The notes: a model not told the origin generated them from the sequence alone. 64,000 nucleotides of DNA from Candidatus Aenigmatarchaeota archaeon (GCA_016187335.1 JACPJW010000001.1:32001-96000), one strand, 5' to 3'. Positions 45,703 to 55,380 are shown, counted from the stretch's first letter. Made by a program: numbers and translations.

Positions 45703-46149
45703 CTAGCAGTTAGTTGCCGTTTTCTTGTAGGTATCGGTAACGCATAATGTGGATATGCGTGCCTGCGAAAAGTTTGCGCATGCCGTTATTGTGCCGTTGA
45801 TGAAAAACTGTATTGTCTTCATTTCTCCTTTCTTCAGCGTCACAGGGAGCGTTGAATTAAGGGTGGTGTTGACGCCCTGCTGGTTCAGCAAAAAAGCCGA
45901 CACGATTGTCTCGTCAACCTGGCCGGTGTTCCTTACGTTCACGCGGGAAATGTTTGCTGTGAAGTCCAGGTACACGTCCTCTATCCTCATGTTCTTGCCT
46001 GCGCATTCTGTTATTTCTGTTGAGCGGTTCGTGAGCGTCACTGACTGGTCCTTTGTAAGCCCGGTGACCCACGTCGAAATCGTTGACGCGAGCAGCACTG
46101 CCACTGCTATCAGCAGTACAGTCGCGATAAGGGGCGATACTCCTTTCAT
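45703..46149 (-). CDS. Archaeal type IV pilin
   Basis: MKG|VSPLIATVLL. Confidence 0.88.
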   Translation of the reverse strand: MKGVSPLIATVLLIAVAVLLASTISTWVTGLTKDQSVTLTNRSTEITECAGKNMRIEDVYLDFTANISRVNVRNTGQVDETIVSAFLLNQQGVNTTLNSTLPVTLKKGEMKTIQFFINGTITACANFSQARISTLCVTDTYKKTATNC

Positions 46150-46227
46150 AAGAAAACTTTGTCAGAAGTCCGTATATATAGTTTTTTGAAAGCCAGCTTC
46201 CCGCAACGGTTTTTCTCATTCATAATA

Positions 46228-46272
46228 TTTTCTTTTCCGTGAACGCTTTTCTTTTCAAAAGAAAAGGGTTCT
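46228..46272. repeat. Repeat module D
   Basis: Minus strand ACCCTTTTCTTTTGAAAAGAAAAGCGTTCACGGAAAAGAAAA. Confidence 0.85.
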
Positions 46273-46780
46273 AGCAGCTCTGGAAAGAAACGTCGCTGCC
46301 CGGGAATGAATCCACAGCGTCCTTCGGGCAGGTCGTGCTGACAACGATGACCTTGTCCGTGGCGTTCCTCAGGGAATTGCATTCCGCCGTGCTGACATTG
46401 GATACTGTCAAGACATCCGTTGCGTTCAGTTCCTTTGTTCCGTTCAGCTCGAAGGTGAACAATGCCCCGCTCGTGTTGAGGAAGTTTACGTCCCTCACGC
46501 TGACAGCTTTTTTCCCGCTGTTCACTATGGTTATCGTCATTGTATGGGATGTCCCCGCAGCGCAGTTGGAGTTGCAGTTGTAAGTGACGTTCCTAACATA
46601 GAGATCAGCAAACTGGCAGTCCAGTTTCGTTTTTGCAGTGTCCCTGATGTCTTCGGAGCGCTCCCTGAAATTTGTCGTCAGCCAGTTGGAAACTATTATA
46701 GTAAGCGTGACTCCTATGGCAACTATGAGGACAGCAGAAAGCAGGGTGCTTATCCCCAGAGAGCTCCGTCCCTTGCGCAT
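46271..46780 (-). CDS. Type IV pilin-like protein
   Basis: G|ISTLLSAVLIVAIGV; Cys-rich head. Confidence 0.8.
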   Translation of the reverse strand: MRKGRSSLGISTLLSAVLIVAIGVTLTIIVSNWLTTNFRERSEDIRDTAKTKLDCQFADLYVRNVTYNCNSNCAAGTSHTMTITIVNSGKKAVSVRDVNFLNTSGALFTFELNGTKELNATDVLTVSNVSTAECNSLRNATDKVIVVSTTCPKDAVDSFPGSDVSFQSC

Positions 46781-46859
46781 GATAATTATTGAAGAAAGGT
46801 ATATTTATTTGTCAGGCAAAACAGGCCGGAGCGGGGCGGGCGCATGTCGTCCTTTTTCA

Positions 46860-47145
46860 GCTTCCCGAGAAGCAAATTTTGAACTATAGCCACTAATCTC
46901 TTTTGATCAAACTTTGGAGTGGCAAATTTTGGACTATAACAACTAATCTCTTACCTTTTGATCAAACTTTACTTTTTGGTGCAACTTTTTTCTAAAATCT
47001 GCGAAAAGCAAAGCTTTTCGAGATCCTGAAGAACTTACGTTCTTCAAGGAAGTTGCTTTGGAGAAGCAAAGTTTACTTCCAACACGAGCCTCTTTTGATT
47101 TCCGTTTTGATCAAACTTTTTTGAAAAGTTTGGGAGAAGCAAAGT
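46860..47145. repeat. Repeat-filled spacer (modules B and C; ~50-bp imperfect tandem duplication)
   Basis: Three TTTTGATCAAACTTT copies; GAAAAGC-AAA-GCTTTTC; GAAGAAC-TTAC-GTTCTTC. Confidence 0.85.
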
Positions 47146-47604
47146 TTAGCTTATGGAAAGCTTTGCCGTGAAGTCAGGGCCGCAGTTGCCCGCGTATACT
47201 TCGATGCGCAGCGGCTTGGTGGCGTCAGAAGTGTTGTAGATGAACCAGTCGCTGAATCCCGGCGGCATCGGGTCCGAGACGTTAAAGTTCTTCATGGCGA
47301 TGTTGGAGTGCGCCTTGCTTTTTGCCGGGTCGGCGAAAATGACGTTGGCTGTAAGCGATGACAGGTTCAGGTTCGTCTTCAAATTTTTAACTTGTACGCT
47401 TACGATTTTGTCGGAAAACGCTGCGGTTGAAAGGTCAAGGGCGCCTATGCAGTTTGATTTTTCCTCGGACGTGGCAAGTTTCTGCTGCGAGAACGTCGTC
47501 GCCCATGTCGCCATTATGCCCGCGATTGCCATGGTGAATGCTATCAGCAGTACGGCAGCGATGAGAGGCGACACGCCTTTGCGCCCGTAAGGTATTTTCT
47601 GCAT
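47146..47604 (-). CDS. Archaeal type IV pilin (paralog of 54254..54691)
   Basis: RKG|VSPLIAAVLL. Confidence 0.88.
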   Translation of the reverse strand: MQKIPYGRKGVSPLIAAVLLIAFTMAIAGIMATWATTFSQQKLATSEEKSNCIGALDLSTAAFSDKIVSVQVKNLKTNLNLSSLTANVIFADPAKSKAHSNIAMKNFNVSDPMPPGFSDWFIYNTSDATKPLRIEVYAGNCGPDFTAKLSIS

Positions 47605-47648
47605 TTAAAAATCACTATAATTACTTTCTTTGCCCTGTTTAAATAATT

Positions 47649-48353
47649 TTAAGGCGTCCTCACGTTGCGCACGTCTACCTTAAGGAAATCCGCGCCTGCG
47701 TACAGCGTGTAATAGACATCGTAAGATATGGAGTTTGAAACATTGACGAATGCATGGGAGGTGCACGAAGGCAGCCCCCTTCCTGTGCGCAGGAGCTCCG
47801 TGAAGCCTGTCCCGCCGGCAAGGGTCGCGTTGCTGTCTATGGCTATTGTCGAATTTGTCACGTTTATCTGCGTCCCGCTCTCCTTTTCTGTCAGCGATAT
47901 TATTATGTCCTTCGTGCTGAGCGAAGGAAGCGGCGTTGCGTTGTTCACTTTCAGCAGCACTGCTTTGAAGAAGGTGTTCTCCATCGTGAGGTTGGCCGAG
48001 CTGTCGCATATCACGTCGGCGCCGCCCATATAGAGGATATTCTTGCCGGTTTTTCTGGAAAGATAGTCAACAACCGCCACGTTTGATTCCGTTCTGTACT
48101 GCACGACATCTTCCTGGGGGATGACCTCAAGGCCGCCCGGCGACTTGAACTTAACTACCCTCTTTGAGCCCAGGCCTTCCTTTGCGACTTCGCGGACCGC
48201 ATTGTCTATCTTTATCATGACGCTTTCCGCCTCCCTTATGCCTTCGCCTGTCCTTGCTGAATCCACGGCGGGCGCCCCTACATTCAGCGTTATGAATACG
48301 GCAGTGAGCGCTATTGCCGTCAGCAGCACGAAGGATACCACAGGGTTTGCCAT
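47649..48353 (-). CDS. Minor pilin-like protein
   Basis: N-terminal hydrophobic helix NPVVSFVLL; paralog of 52590..53393. Confidence 0.75.
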   Translation of the reverse strand: MANPVVSFVLLTAIALTAVFITLNVGAPAVDSARTGEGIREAESVMIKIDNAVREVAKEGLGSKRVVKFKSPGGLEVIPQEDVVQYRTESNVAVVDYLSRKTGKNILYMGGADVICDSSANLTMENTFFKAVLLKVNNATPLPSLSTKDIIISLTEKESGTQINVTNSTIAIDSNATLAGGTGFTELLRTGRGLPSCTSHAFVNVSNSISYDVYYTLYAGADFLKVDVRNVRTP

Positions 48354-48356
48354 TTT

Positions 48357-49082
48357 TCACCACGTTGCGTTGAAAGTGTTCTTTATCCTCAGGAAATCCT
48401 CCCTGCTTTTCAGCTTTATGTCGAAGAACCCGTGAAGCGCCGACTTTTCCTGCGTAGGCGGCGCAATCCTTGCAGGTATTGCCTCAATTACATTATCGCT
48501 GCGCCTTGCGTAAATAAGCGTGACATTGACAACTCCGCTTGAAACGCTTGAAGTGAACGACGCGCTGGCGTTGGTCTTGTCGTTCACTATGCCCATGGCA
48601 GCGGATGATGGCGTTGAGTCCGTTGCGTTGACCGTGACGTTTATGTTGTCATTCAGGAAATTGCCCACGGTCACCGTATATTTCGTGTTGTTTACAGAAA
48701 CTAATGCGTAAAGGATTTCTATATCCTCTTCGCCCCGCAGGAACGTGGAGAAATCCGCCAGGTTGGCTATGGCCGAGCTGTTCGCATTGCCCTGGACCCT
48801 GCTTACAATGATTATTTTCTCGTATTCGTGGTATATGTTTCTCAGTTCCTTGTCGAGAATCATCGTTTCCTGGAACCTTTTTTCCTCCAGCGTATTGTAT
48901 ATGCCGAAAACTCCGCGCAGGAGGAAGAACGCTATCAGGATTATCAGCCCGGCTATCACGAACATCTGCCCTTTAGAGGAGAAAAACCTGGCGGTTTTTC
49001 TCCCTCTACCCTCATTTCCCTTATTATTTTTTGACCTCTGAGAAGGTCTTCCGTTTTGATTGAACTTTTTTGAAAAGTTCAT
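48357..49082 (-). CDS. Minor pilin-like protein with 38-aa repeat-encoded leader
   Basis: ATG overlaps the upstream TGA (ATGA); MNFSKKFNQ...RFFSSKG|QMFVIAG. Confidence 0.8.
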   Translation of the reverse strand: MNFSKKFNQNGRPSQRSKNNKGNEGRGRKTARFFSSKGQMFVIAGLIILIAFFLLRGVFGIYNTLEEKRFQETMILDKELRNIYHEYEKIIIVSRVQGNANSSAIANLADFSTFLRGEEDIEILYALVSVNNTKYTVTVGNFLNDNINVTVNATDSTPSSAAMGIVNDKTNASASFTSSVSSGVVNVTLIYARRSDNVIEAIPARIAPPTQEKSALHGFFDIKLKSREDFLRIKNTFNATW

Positions 49083-49504
49083 ATTTTTCTCCACATCCAT
49101 AGTATCACTTTTTTGCCTGTGTATACGTTGCGGTAATCGGCGATGTAATATTTTACAGCCACCACGGTCTCGTTTCCTGCCACCGAAGCGGAAGAGCAGT
49201 TGGACTTGCATATGTTTACCTCGTAAGCGAGGTTCTTGGAAAGTAAAGGTGACAGGAGGCTTTTTAGTTCCGCTTCGTTGCTGCTGGACACGATGCGCCG
49301 CAGGTCGCCGTACTTGTCCATGTACTCCAGAGATTCAAAGCCCTGCTGCTTGATGTTGCTTATTTCCAGCTCGGGCCTCTGCGACGGCACGCTGAACATC
49401 ACGCTTATGCTGATGAGTATCAGCGTGATTATGACAAGGGCTTCAAGTGTGTAGATGTACCCTTTAGAGGAGAAAAACCTTGGTTTTTCTCCTCCTATCC
49501 TCAT
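49079..49504 (-). CDS. Minor pilin-like protein, repeat-encoded leader
   Basis: MRIGGEKPRFFSSKG|YIYTLEAL; frame stays open through repeats to 49642. Confidence 0.8.
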   Translation of the reverse strand: MRIGGEKPRFFSSKGYIYTLEALVIITLILISISVMFSVPSQRPELEISNIKQQGFESLEYMDKYGDLRRIVSSSNEAELKSLLSPLLSKNLAYEVNICKSNCSSASVAGNETVVAVKYYIADYRNVYTGKKVILWMWRKI

Positions 49505-49718
49505 TTCCTTATTATTTTTTTGATAGAACTTTTTTTGTAAAAAAGTTCTACTCATTCCCTTATTATTTTCTTTCATTTCATTACCCTTTTCCTCGAAGAA
49601 CGAAGTTCTTCGGGATTTCGAAGAAATTTTATTTCTTCGCAAATGATGAAACTTTTCGGAAAAGTTTCGGTTATCCGACCATTTTATTTTTTTGATGAAA
49701 CTTTTTTCTAAAAAGTTT
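49460..49718. repeat. Array of modules A, B and C
   Basis: GGAGAAAAACC-TT-GGTTTTTCTCC; three B hairpins; GAAGAAC-GAA-GTTCTTC. Confidence 0.85.
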
Positions 49719-51362
49719 CTACCATACCTTCACGATCATCTTTCCTTTCCTTATTCCGGCAGTCGAGTTCTGCAGCAGTACGAAGCGCTGCAGCGAAACG
49801 ACATTGCTCGTCTTCGGGAGCGTATCGCCGACATCCAGCGCCGTGGCATTTGTGTCCACATCAGTTATCTTTATCCTGAAGCTTCCTTCCATTCCCATGC
49901 CCTGCTTTATGTGCGTTGCGTTAGTGAGATTTATTTGCGCGAGCTTGTCGTACTGGATAACGTCAATTCTTTCCGGCGTGAAAACCGTTTCAGTCAGGTT
50001 GTCAACGCCGCTGACGGTGTTTGCGGGACCGGCAAAACGACGGCTGTCGTCGTCAAAAAAAGCGGTGTACCACCTTTCCTGGCTCGCGTTTACCTCAACG
50101 ATGAAAGAAAAGTTCTGGCCGGCTCTCTGGTAAGGCACGGAGCGGTTGTAGTCGTCGTATATCACCACGGAATTCAGGTCGTAGCTCTCGGTGAACGATG
50201 AAATGTTGAAGACAACAAGCTCATTTGTTATTCTTGCAACAGGATCGCTGGCGTTGCGCAAAAACGGTGCCGTGTTGTTTATAAGTATGGGCATCTTGTA
50301 CGCCGTTGTTTTCAGCCCCAGCCTGCGCAGCTTCCTGCCGAACTCGAAGTGCTCGCTTATTTCTGTAGTGTTCAGCGAGCGGTTGTACAAGCGCACCTCG
50401 TCTATGGTGCCGTTGAAGAACGAAGCAGCTGCGCCCCCTTTTCCGCCTACGGTTGTGGCTAAAGCCGGGCCGAAGACGGACGAAGGTACGCTGCTTTTGT
50501 TGCTGTTTTCAAGAACGCCGTTGACATACACATCTAAGGATGTATTCGTCCTGTAAACGCCGGCAACATGGTACCATACGTTGTTGGACAATGTCGTGTT
50601 GCTTGCTGCATTAAACACGCTTGTTCCGTCGCCGGATATCCTGAAGTCAGCATTATCGTTGCTGTTCAAGAACAATGCGTAGGATCTTTGGCTGTTTCCC
50701 GTTTCAAACTTGCTGACGATGGATTTCGTTCCGGATGATTCAGGACGAATCCACGCCTCTATAGTGAAATTTCCGGTGACGTTTGTTGCTGCGTTGCTGC
50801 TGACATTGACGGCGCTGTTTATGCCGTTGAACGCGCATGCGCTGAGTATCATTCCCTGCACGGTCTGGTTGCAGTCAAGCCCCCCCGACCCAGTGCCGTC
50901 ATTCCTTGAATTGCTTGAATCGTTTGTGGAATTATCAAGCCTGAGGAGGAATACTGTGCTGGCGTCAAGAAATGAAGGCGGCCAGTCCTTTGGCGTGTAT
51001 TCACTGTCCGCTACGCCGCGCAGGGTTTCCGCCTCGCTGCGAATCTGCGCAATATCGGCGATATCCTTTATCGGCGTCACGAAATTGCTGAATGAAAGCA
51101 CGATGAACGCAAATAGAACCAGAAACAGACCCGTGGCTATGACAAAATCCAGCTGTATCGCGCCCTTCAAAGAGAAGAAACCTGCGGTTTCTCTCTCTTG
51201 ACTCTCACGCTCGAAGAAACGAAGTTTCTTCGGCGTCTCAAAGAGCTTCGCTCTTTGCAGATTTCCCTTATTTAAAATATTATTTTTTTGATAGAAATTT
51301 TTTTCTAAAAAAGTTCTCCTAATTTCCTTTCTAGAAATATTATTTAAAATTTCTCTTCCCAT
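49719..51362 (-). CDS. Minor pilin with LamG domain and ~67-aa repeat-encoded leader
   Basis: FFSLKG|AIQLDFVIA; FTIEAWIRP, WYHVAGVY, FNGTIDEVRLYNRSL. Confidence 0.85.
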   Translation of the reverse strand: MGREILNNISRKEIRRTFLEKNFYQKNNILNKGNLQRAKLFETPKKLRFFERESQERETAGFFSLKGAIQLDFVIATGLFLVLFAFIVLSFSNFVTPIKDIADIAQIRSEAETLRGVADSEYTPKDWPPSFLDASTVFLLRLDNSTNDSSNSRNDGTGSGGLDCNQTVQGMILSACAFNGINSAVNVSSNAATNVTGNFTIEAWIRPESSGTKSIVSKFETGNSQRSYALFLNSNDNADFRISGDGTSVFNAASNTTLSNNVWYHVAGVYRTNTSLDVYVNGVLENSNKSSVPSSVFGPALATTVGGKGGAAASFFNGTIDEVRLYNRSLNTTEISEHFEFGRKLRRLGLKTTAYKMPILINNTAPFLRNASDPVARITNELVVFNISSFTESYDLNSVVIYDDYNRSVPYQRAGQNFSFIVEVNASQERWYTAFFDDDSRRFAGPANTVSGVDNLTETVFTPERIDVIQYDKLAQINLTNATHIKQGMGMEGSFRIKITDVDTNATALDVGDTLPKTSNVVSLQRFVLLQNSTAGIRKGKMIVKVW

Positions 51363-51367
51363 ATCAA

Positions 51368-51970
51368 TCAAACGTTTGTTACGCTTACTTCGTCGGTGCC
51401 GTTGTCGTACCTGACATAGCTTATTTCGCTCTTTCCGCCGCTGGTGCCGCCCCTGAAGGTTGCGTTGAATCCCATGACGCACGTGTCGTTGATGTAAGGG
51501 GTGCCCAGGGTTTCAACAAGCAGCGTGTCGTTTGCAAATCTTGTCCTGTATTTCAGCCCGCCTATTTTTTCGGGCATTGAGACGATTATCCTGCCCAGAG
51601 TCGTGTTCGTCCTTGAAACGTATTCGCGCGGTATCATGAGCTTTTCAACGGATGTTTTCATTATGTCGCACGTCTGCAGAATCTCCTTTTTGCCGACGAA
51701 TTTCTTGTTCTCGTCTATGAGCGAGTTCATCGTGGAAACTATAATCCATATCATGATCAGGCTGAAAGCAACGGCAAACGCATGCATCACGAGCTGCGAC
51801 TGGCCTTTACGGGAGAAGAAACTACGTTTCTCTCCCTGTACCCTCATTTCCTTATTATTTTTTACAGAACTCTGAGAAGTTCTACCGTTTTGATTGAACT
51901 TCCTTCGAAAACCACAGGTTTTCGGGGACTCAGGAAAGCTATGCTTTCCTCGAGTTTTTGAAAAGTTCAT
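51368..51970 (-). CDS. Minor pilin-like protein with 56-aa repeat-encoded leader
   Basis: GGTGA Shine-Dalgarno and ATGA overlap at 51970; SFFSRKG|QSQLVMHAF. Confidence 0.82.
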   Translation of the reverse strand: MNFSKTRGKHSFPESPKTCGFRRKFNQNGRTSQSSVKNNKEMRVQGEKRSFFSRKGQSQLVMHAFAVAFSLIMIWIIVSTMNSLIDENKKFVGKKEILQTCDIMKTSVEKLMIPREYVSRTNTTLGRIIVSMPEKIGGLKYRTRFANDTLLVETLGTPYINDTCVMGFNATFRGGTSGGKSEISYVRYDNGTDEVSVTNV

Positions 51971-52533
51971 CGTATCACCGATATCCTGACTTTGGTCACA
52001 TTGTTCTGGTTCCTGCCCAAGTTCTCAACGACAATTTCCCGCGCGCCGGGTCCGATAACGGAGCGCTCCACAATGTCCAGATCCGTATATTCCAGACGCA
52101 TTATTATCGGCATTATCTTTGGCGCCGTGAAATTGTGCGAGCCGAATCGCGTATCAACGACGCCGTAGATTTTTATCGAGTCTATTTTTCTTTTCAGCTG
52201 CTCCTCACTGCCGCCGGTAAATGTTATGAACAGCCTTGAATCAAGCGGCTGCCTCATCTCCAGAAGATACGACAAGCCGTCGTAGTTTGTGTTGTTCTTC
52301 GTGCCGAAGCCGTTTGAAGAAACCATCGCCAAAAGCAGCCCTCCGTCAGCGGCATCTATGTAGTCATTGCTCTGGTTTATGACGTCGTTGCTCTTGTTGT
52401 TTATGTTTGTGACCAGGGAAAATGCAGCGGAGCGCCCCAGTGTCGAGTATCCTGAAGATGCCGCATCCTGCGTGAACCCGACAAAAGAAATCATGGTAAG
52501 GGCAAGCAGCGCCAGCAGCGGTAAAAGCCTCAT
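51967..52533 (-). CDS. Secreted pilus-associated protein
   Basis: Signal peptide; paralogous to the C-half of 53394..54155. Confidence 0.7.
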   Translation of the reverse strand: MRLLPLLALLALTMISFVGFTQDAASSGYSTLGRSAAFSLVTNINNKSNDVINQSNDYIDAADGGLLLAMVSSNGFGTKNNTNYDGLSYLLEMRQPLDSRLFITFTGGSEEQLKRKIDSIKIYGVVDTRFGSHNFTAPKIMPIIMRLEYTDLDIVERSVIGPGAREIVVENLGRNQNNVTKVRISVIR

Positions 52534-52589
52534 GCGATCACTAGATAGTATGGTTTCAGGCAGTTAAAATGTTTGGGGAGCTCGCTGCT

Positions 52590-53393
52590 TCAATACTTGT
52601 TTATGCTTTTCACCTGGAGCTCTATGAAATCAGAGGCGCCTGATAGCGTGAACTCGGCGATGTAAGAAATGTTGGCTGCCGTGCTGTTAAGAACAACCCT
52701 TATTGAATTGCTCGGCAGGAACGACTCGTTCCTCGTGAACTCCGTCCATCCGGTGCCGTATGTGGAGTTGTGCAGGTCGTTTATTGCTATGAGCGATACG
52801 GGCGCTGTCACGTTCAGCGGGATTGTTTTTGTCCTCATCTGCACTATCAGGTTCGTAGTGTTTATTGCAACGGGACTTCCTGGCGTCCCGTTTTTTCTCA
52901 TCGCGAAAAGAACCGCCCTGTTTTCCAGTACAAGGTCGTTTGATCCGTCGCCGTCAATGTCGCTTTCATAGGATTCCACATGCGGCCCCGACAGTATAAG
53001 CAGGTTTCCTTCCTGGAACCTGAGGCCTTCCTGAAAAAGCTGCCTGGGCAGGAGCAGCTGGTATTTTATGGTGTCAGATTTCCCGGAAACAACGAATTCC
53101 CCGCCCTCTATGTTTTCTACCTTCAGCACGCGGATTGCTCCGGGAGCTTCCGAGGACATCTCCCTTATTACGGCGTCAACTCCTGTAAGGACCTCCCTTG
53201 CAGCGCTGAAGCGCTGGCTGGACCTGCCCTCTTCCATGAAATTGTTTATGACGCTCACGACAATGAAAGACGAAACAATGACTATGACAAAGACTATGAC
53301 TTCCAGCGTTATCGTAACGCCCTTCAGAAAGTTTCGCTCTTTGCAGATTCCCTTTTTAGAAATATTATAATCACAAAATTTTGGATTTGCCAT
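52590..53393 (-). CDS. Minor pilin-like protein, leader contains a C-type module
   Basis: NFLKG|VTITLEVI; leader DNA TTCGCTCTTTGCAGATT is shared with ~51248. Confidence 0.78.
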   Translation of the reverse strand: MANPKFCDYNISKKGICKERNFLKGVTITLEVIVFVIVIVSSFIVVSVINNFMEEGRSSQRFSAAREVLTGVDAVIREMSSEAPGAIRVLKVENIEGGEFVVSGKSDTIKYQLLLPRQLFQEGLRFQEGNLLILSGPHVESYESDIDGDGSNDLVLENRAVLFAMRKNGTPGSPVAINTTNLIVQMRTKTIPLNVTAPVSLIAINDLHNSTYGTGWTEFTRNESFLPSNSIRVVLNSTAANISYIAEFTLSGASDFIELQVKSINKY

Positions 53394-54155
53394 TTAATCC
53401 CTCACAATAATCTGGACCCTGTCGGTGGTTTCATTCTTCTCCAGGACAAGCTTCGCCGAGCCCGCCTTCACGAAATCGCCCATGATGTCGACGTCAGGAT
53501 ATGACAGGATTATTTCGAGGGGCGACTTGCCCTGGAAGAAAGGCATGAATGCCTGCGGCATGAAGCCGTGTATTTTTATTAGCTGGAATTTTCCGCGGAC
53601 ATTCGAGCAGCCGCCTGTTGTTATCGGCAGGACGAAGCGGTTCCTTTCCTGCGCCTGGGACAGCCGCAAGTTAGCTGAAGCTGCCTGCGTCGTGTTCCTG
53701 CTGAGGTTTATGTAGCTCAGCGCCTTGCCGGAGAACACGATGCCGTAAGCCGGCGTGCCGCTTATCGCAGTGTCCTCCATGCATAAGTAGAAATTGCTCA
53801 GGTTTGACGGCGTCAGCAGGAGGAACGTCTGGTTGCCTGAAAGCTTCTGCGCATCTGCTTCTGCTGAATCATTGGCAATTCCGTTTATGTTGAATTCCAG
53901 GGCAAATGTCACAGTCTGGTTCAGCGTTATGCCCAAAGGGGGGAAGTCAAAACCAAGGATTACGATGTAGCTGCTGCTGGATTCCTTCCCGGCAAAGGTT
54001 TCCACGGACGTGCGCGCCACAAGGCCGCTGCCGGTAACCACGCCGCCTTCTGTCGGCGTTGCCGATTCAATTTTGTACGATGAGCTGCTCATCTCTATTG
54101 CAAAAACTGCCGCAGAAAGTGCAACAATAAAAGCAAAAACAAGCGCGTATTTCAT
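53394..54155 (-). CDS. Secreted pilus-associated protein
   Basis: Signal peptide MKYALVFAFIVALSAAVFA. Confidence 0.7.
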   Translation of the reverse strand: MKYALVFAFIVALSAAVFAIEMSSSSYKIESATPTEGGVVTGSGLVARTSVETFAGKESSSSYIVILGFDFPPLGITLNQTVTFALEFNINGIANDSAEADAQKLSGNQTFLLLTPSNLSNFYLCMEDTAISGTPAYGIVFSGKALSYINLSRNTTQAASANLRLSQAQERNRFVLPITTGGCSNVRGKFQLIKIHGFMPQAFMPFFQGKSPLEIILSYPDVDIMGDFVKAGSAKLVLEKNETTDRVQIIVRD

Positions 54156-54253
54156 CAGCTATATATTAACGGCTCGTATATTAAATTTGTGAGATACTAA
54201 AACGGAAATAAGGGCTCAAAGAATCGTTGGGCCAGTTACTCTTTTTGTCTTAG

Positions 54254-54691
54254 TTAAGGAATGGCTATGTCCGCAGAGAAGCTGGTTCCGCAGTTCGCTG
54301 CGAAAACTTCCACGCGCAGCGGCTTCGTGCTGTCCTTCGTGTCATAAACAATCCAGTCGTTGTATCCAGGCGGCATGGGATCCATGAAATTCAGGTCCTT
54401 CATTGCTATGTTCGAGTGCGCTTTTGTTTTCGTGGCGTTGGCATATATGACGTTGGCAGCCATGCCGGATAAATTGAAATTCGTTTTCTGGTTTGTGACC
54501 TGCACGGTCAGTAATGTCCCGGAAAATGACGGCGATCTGAGCCCTAAAGCCCCGACGCAGCTTTCCTTTTCCTCGTTTTTTTCAAGACCTTGTTGCGAGA
54601 ACCTTGTTGCCCAAGAGCCTAGTATGCCTGCAATAGCGAGGGTAAATGCAATAAGCAGTATAGCAGCTATAAGCGGCGAAACACCTTTCAT
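54254..54691 (-). CDS. Archaeal type IV pilin
   Basis: MKG|VSPLIAAILL; start moved to 54691. Confidence 0.88.
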   Translation of the reverse strand: MKGVSPLIAAILLIAFTLAIAGILGSWATRFSQQGLEKNEEKESCVGALGLRSPSFSGTLLTVQVTNQKTNFNLSGMAANVIYANATKTKAHSNIAMKDLNFMDPMPPGYNDWIVYDTKDSTKPLRVEVFAANCGTSFSADIAIP

Positions 54692-54723
54692 GCCTAACTT
54701 ATGGGATTCCTCCCTTAAAAAGT

Positions 54724-55332
54724 TCAGTCCATCGCGCATCCTGTCAGCTGCTCGTAAAGCTGCAGCGCCTGCACGCCGATGTAAGGCGTGTTGTTGTACA
54801 CGGTTGTCGGAACCTGCGTGATGCCCACCTGCTGGCATAACTGCAGGTTTGCTCCGGTGCAGTCAACGTAGAATTTCCTGTAGAAAGAGCCGAGAACCTG
54901 CAGCTGCGCCTGCGTGTTCACCTCATTGATCTGCCCGAATACAAGCAGCTGCTTCCCTGCAAGACATTCTGCAAATGACTTCTCTTTCGTGATACGTTCA
55001 AGGAATGCCTGCGTATTTACGGCGCGGTCCGTGAACAGGGCGCCGTCACTGCTCACTAAAATTTCCTGGACCTGCCTGCTGCCCGAAGCGTCGCGCGTCG
55101 CTAAAATCACCCTGTACATTCCGCTTTCTTCCTTTACATTGAGCACCTCAACGGGGCCTTCTGTTATCGTTTCATAGATTTTTTTTACTTTATCAACGGC
55201 TGCTTCCTGCTTTGCCGTTTTCTGGCCTGTTGCAATGTAGCTGTTGTAAACAATGAAAAGTAACGCAAGAACAAGCACGGCAATCAGGCCGTAAAGCAGT
55301 CTGTTGTCTTTTGCTGCAGCTTTATCAACCAC
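54724..55332 (-). CDS. Membrane-anchored thioredoxin-like protein lacking CxxC
   Basis: FAECL...LLVFG...YVDC...LCQQVGITQVPT. Confidence 0.6.
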   Translation of the reverse strand: MVDKAAAKDNRLLYGLIAVLVLALLFIVYNSYIATGQKTAKQEAAVDKVKKIYETITEGPVEVLNVKEESGMYRVILATRDASGSRQVQEILVSSDGALFTDRAVNTQAFLERITKEKSFAECLAGKQLLVFGQINEVNTQAQLQVLGSFYRKFYVDCTGANLQLCQQVGITQVPTTVYNNTPYIGVQALQLYEQLTGCAMD

Positions 55333-55380
55333 GGATTATACCCCACTCTTTCCTTAATAATGCAAATAAATCTTTTAAAG

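Noticed and set aside
43083-51970. Repeats as a CRISPR array
   Set aside because: Several different modules, irregular spacing, nesting, no uniform spacers and no cas genes
48970-51970. Prepilin-leader repeats as BHB mRNA introns
   Set aside because: Checked the boundaries of the 49082 and 51970 leaders; no convincing 4-bp helix with two 3-nt bulges, and frames are preserved. Not fully excluded without RNA data
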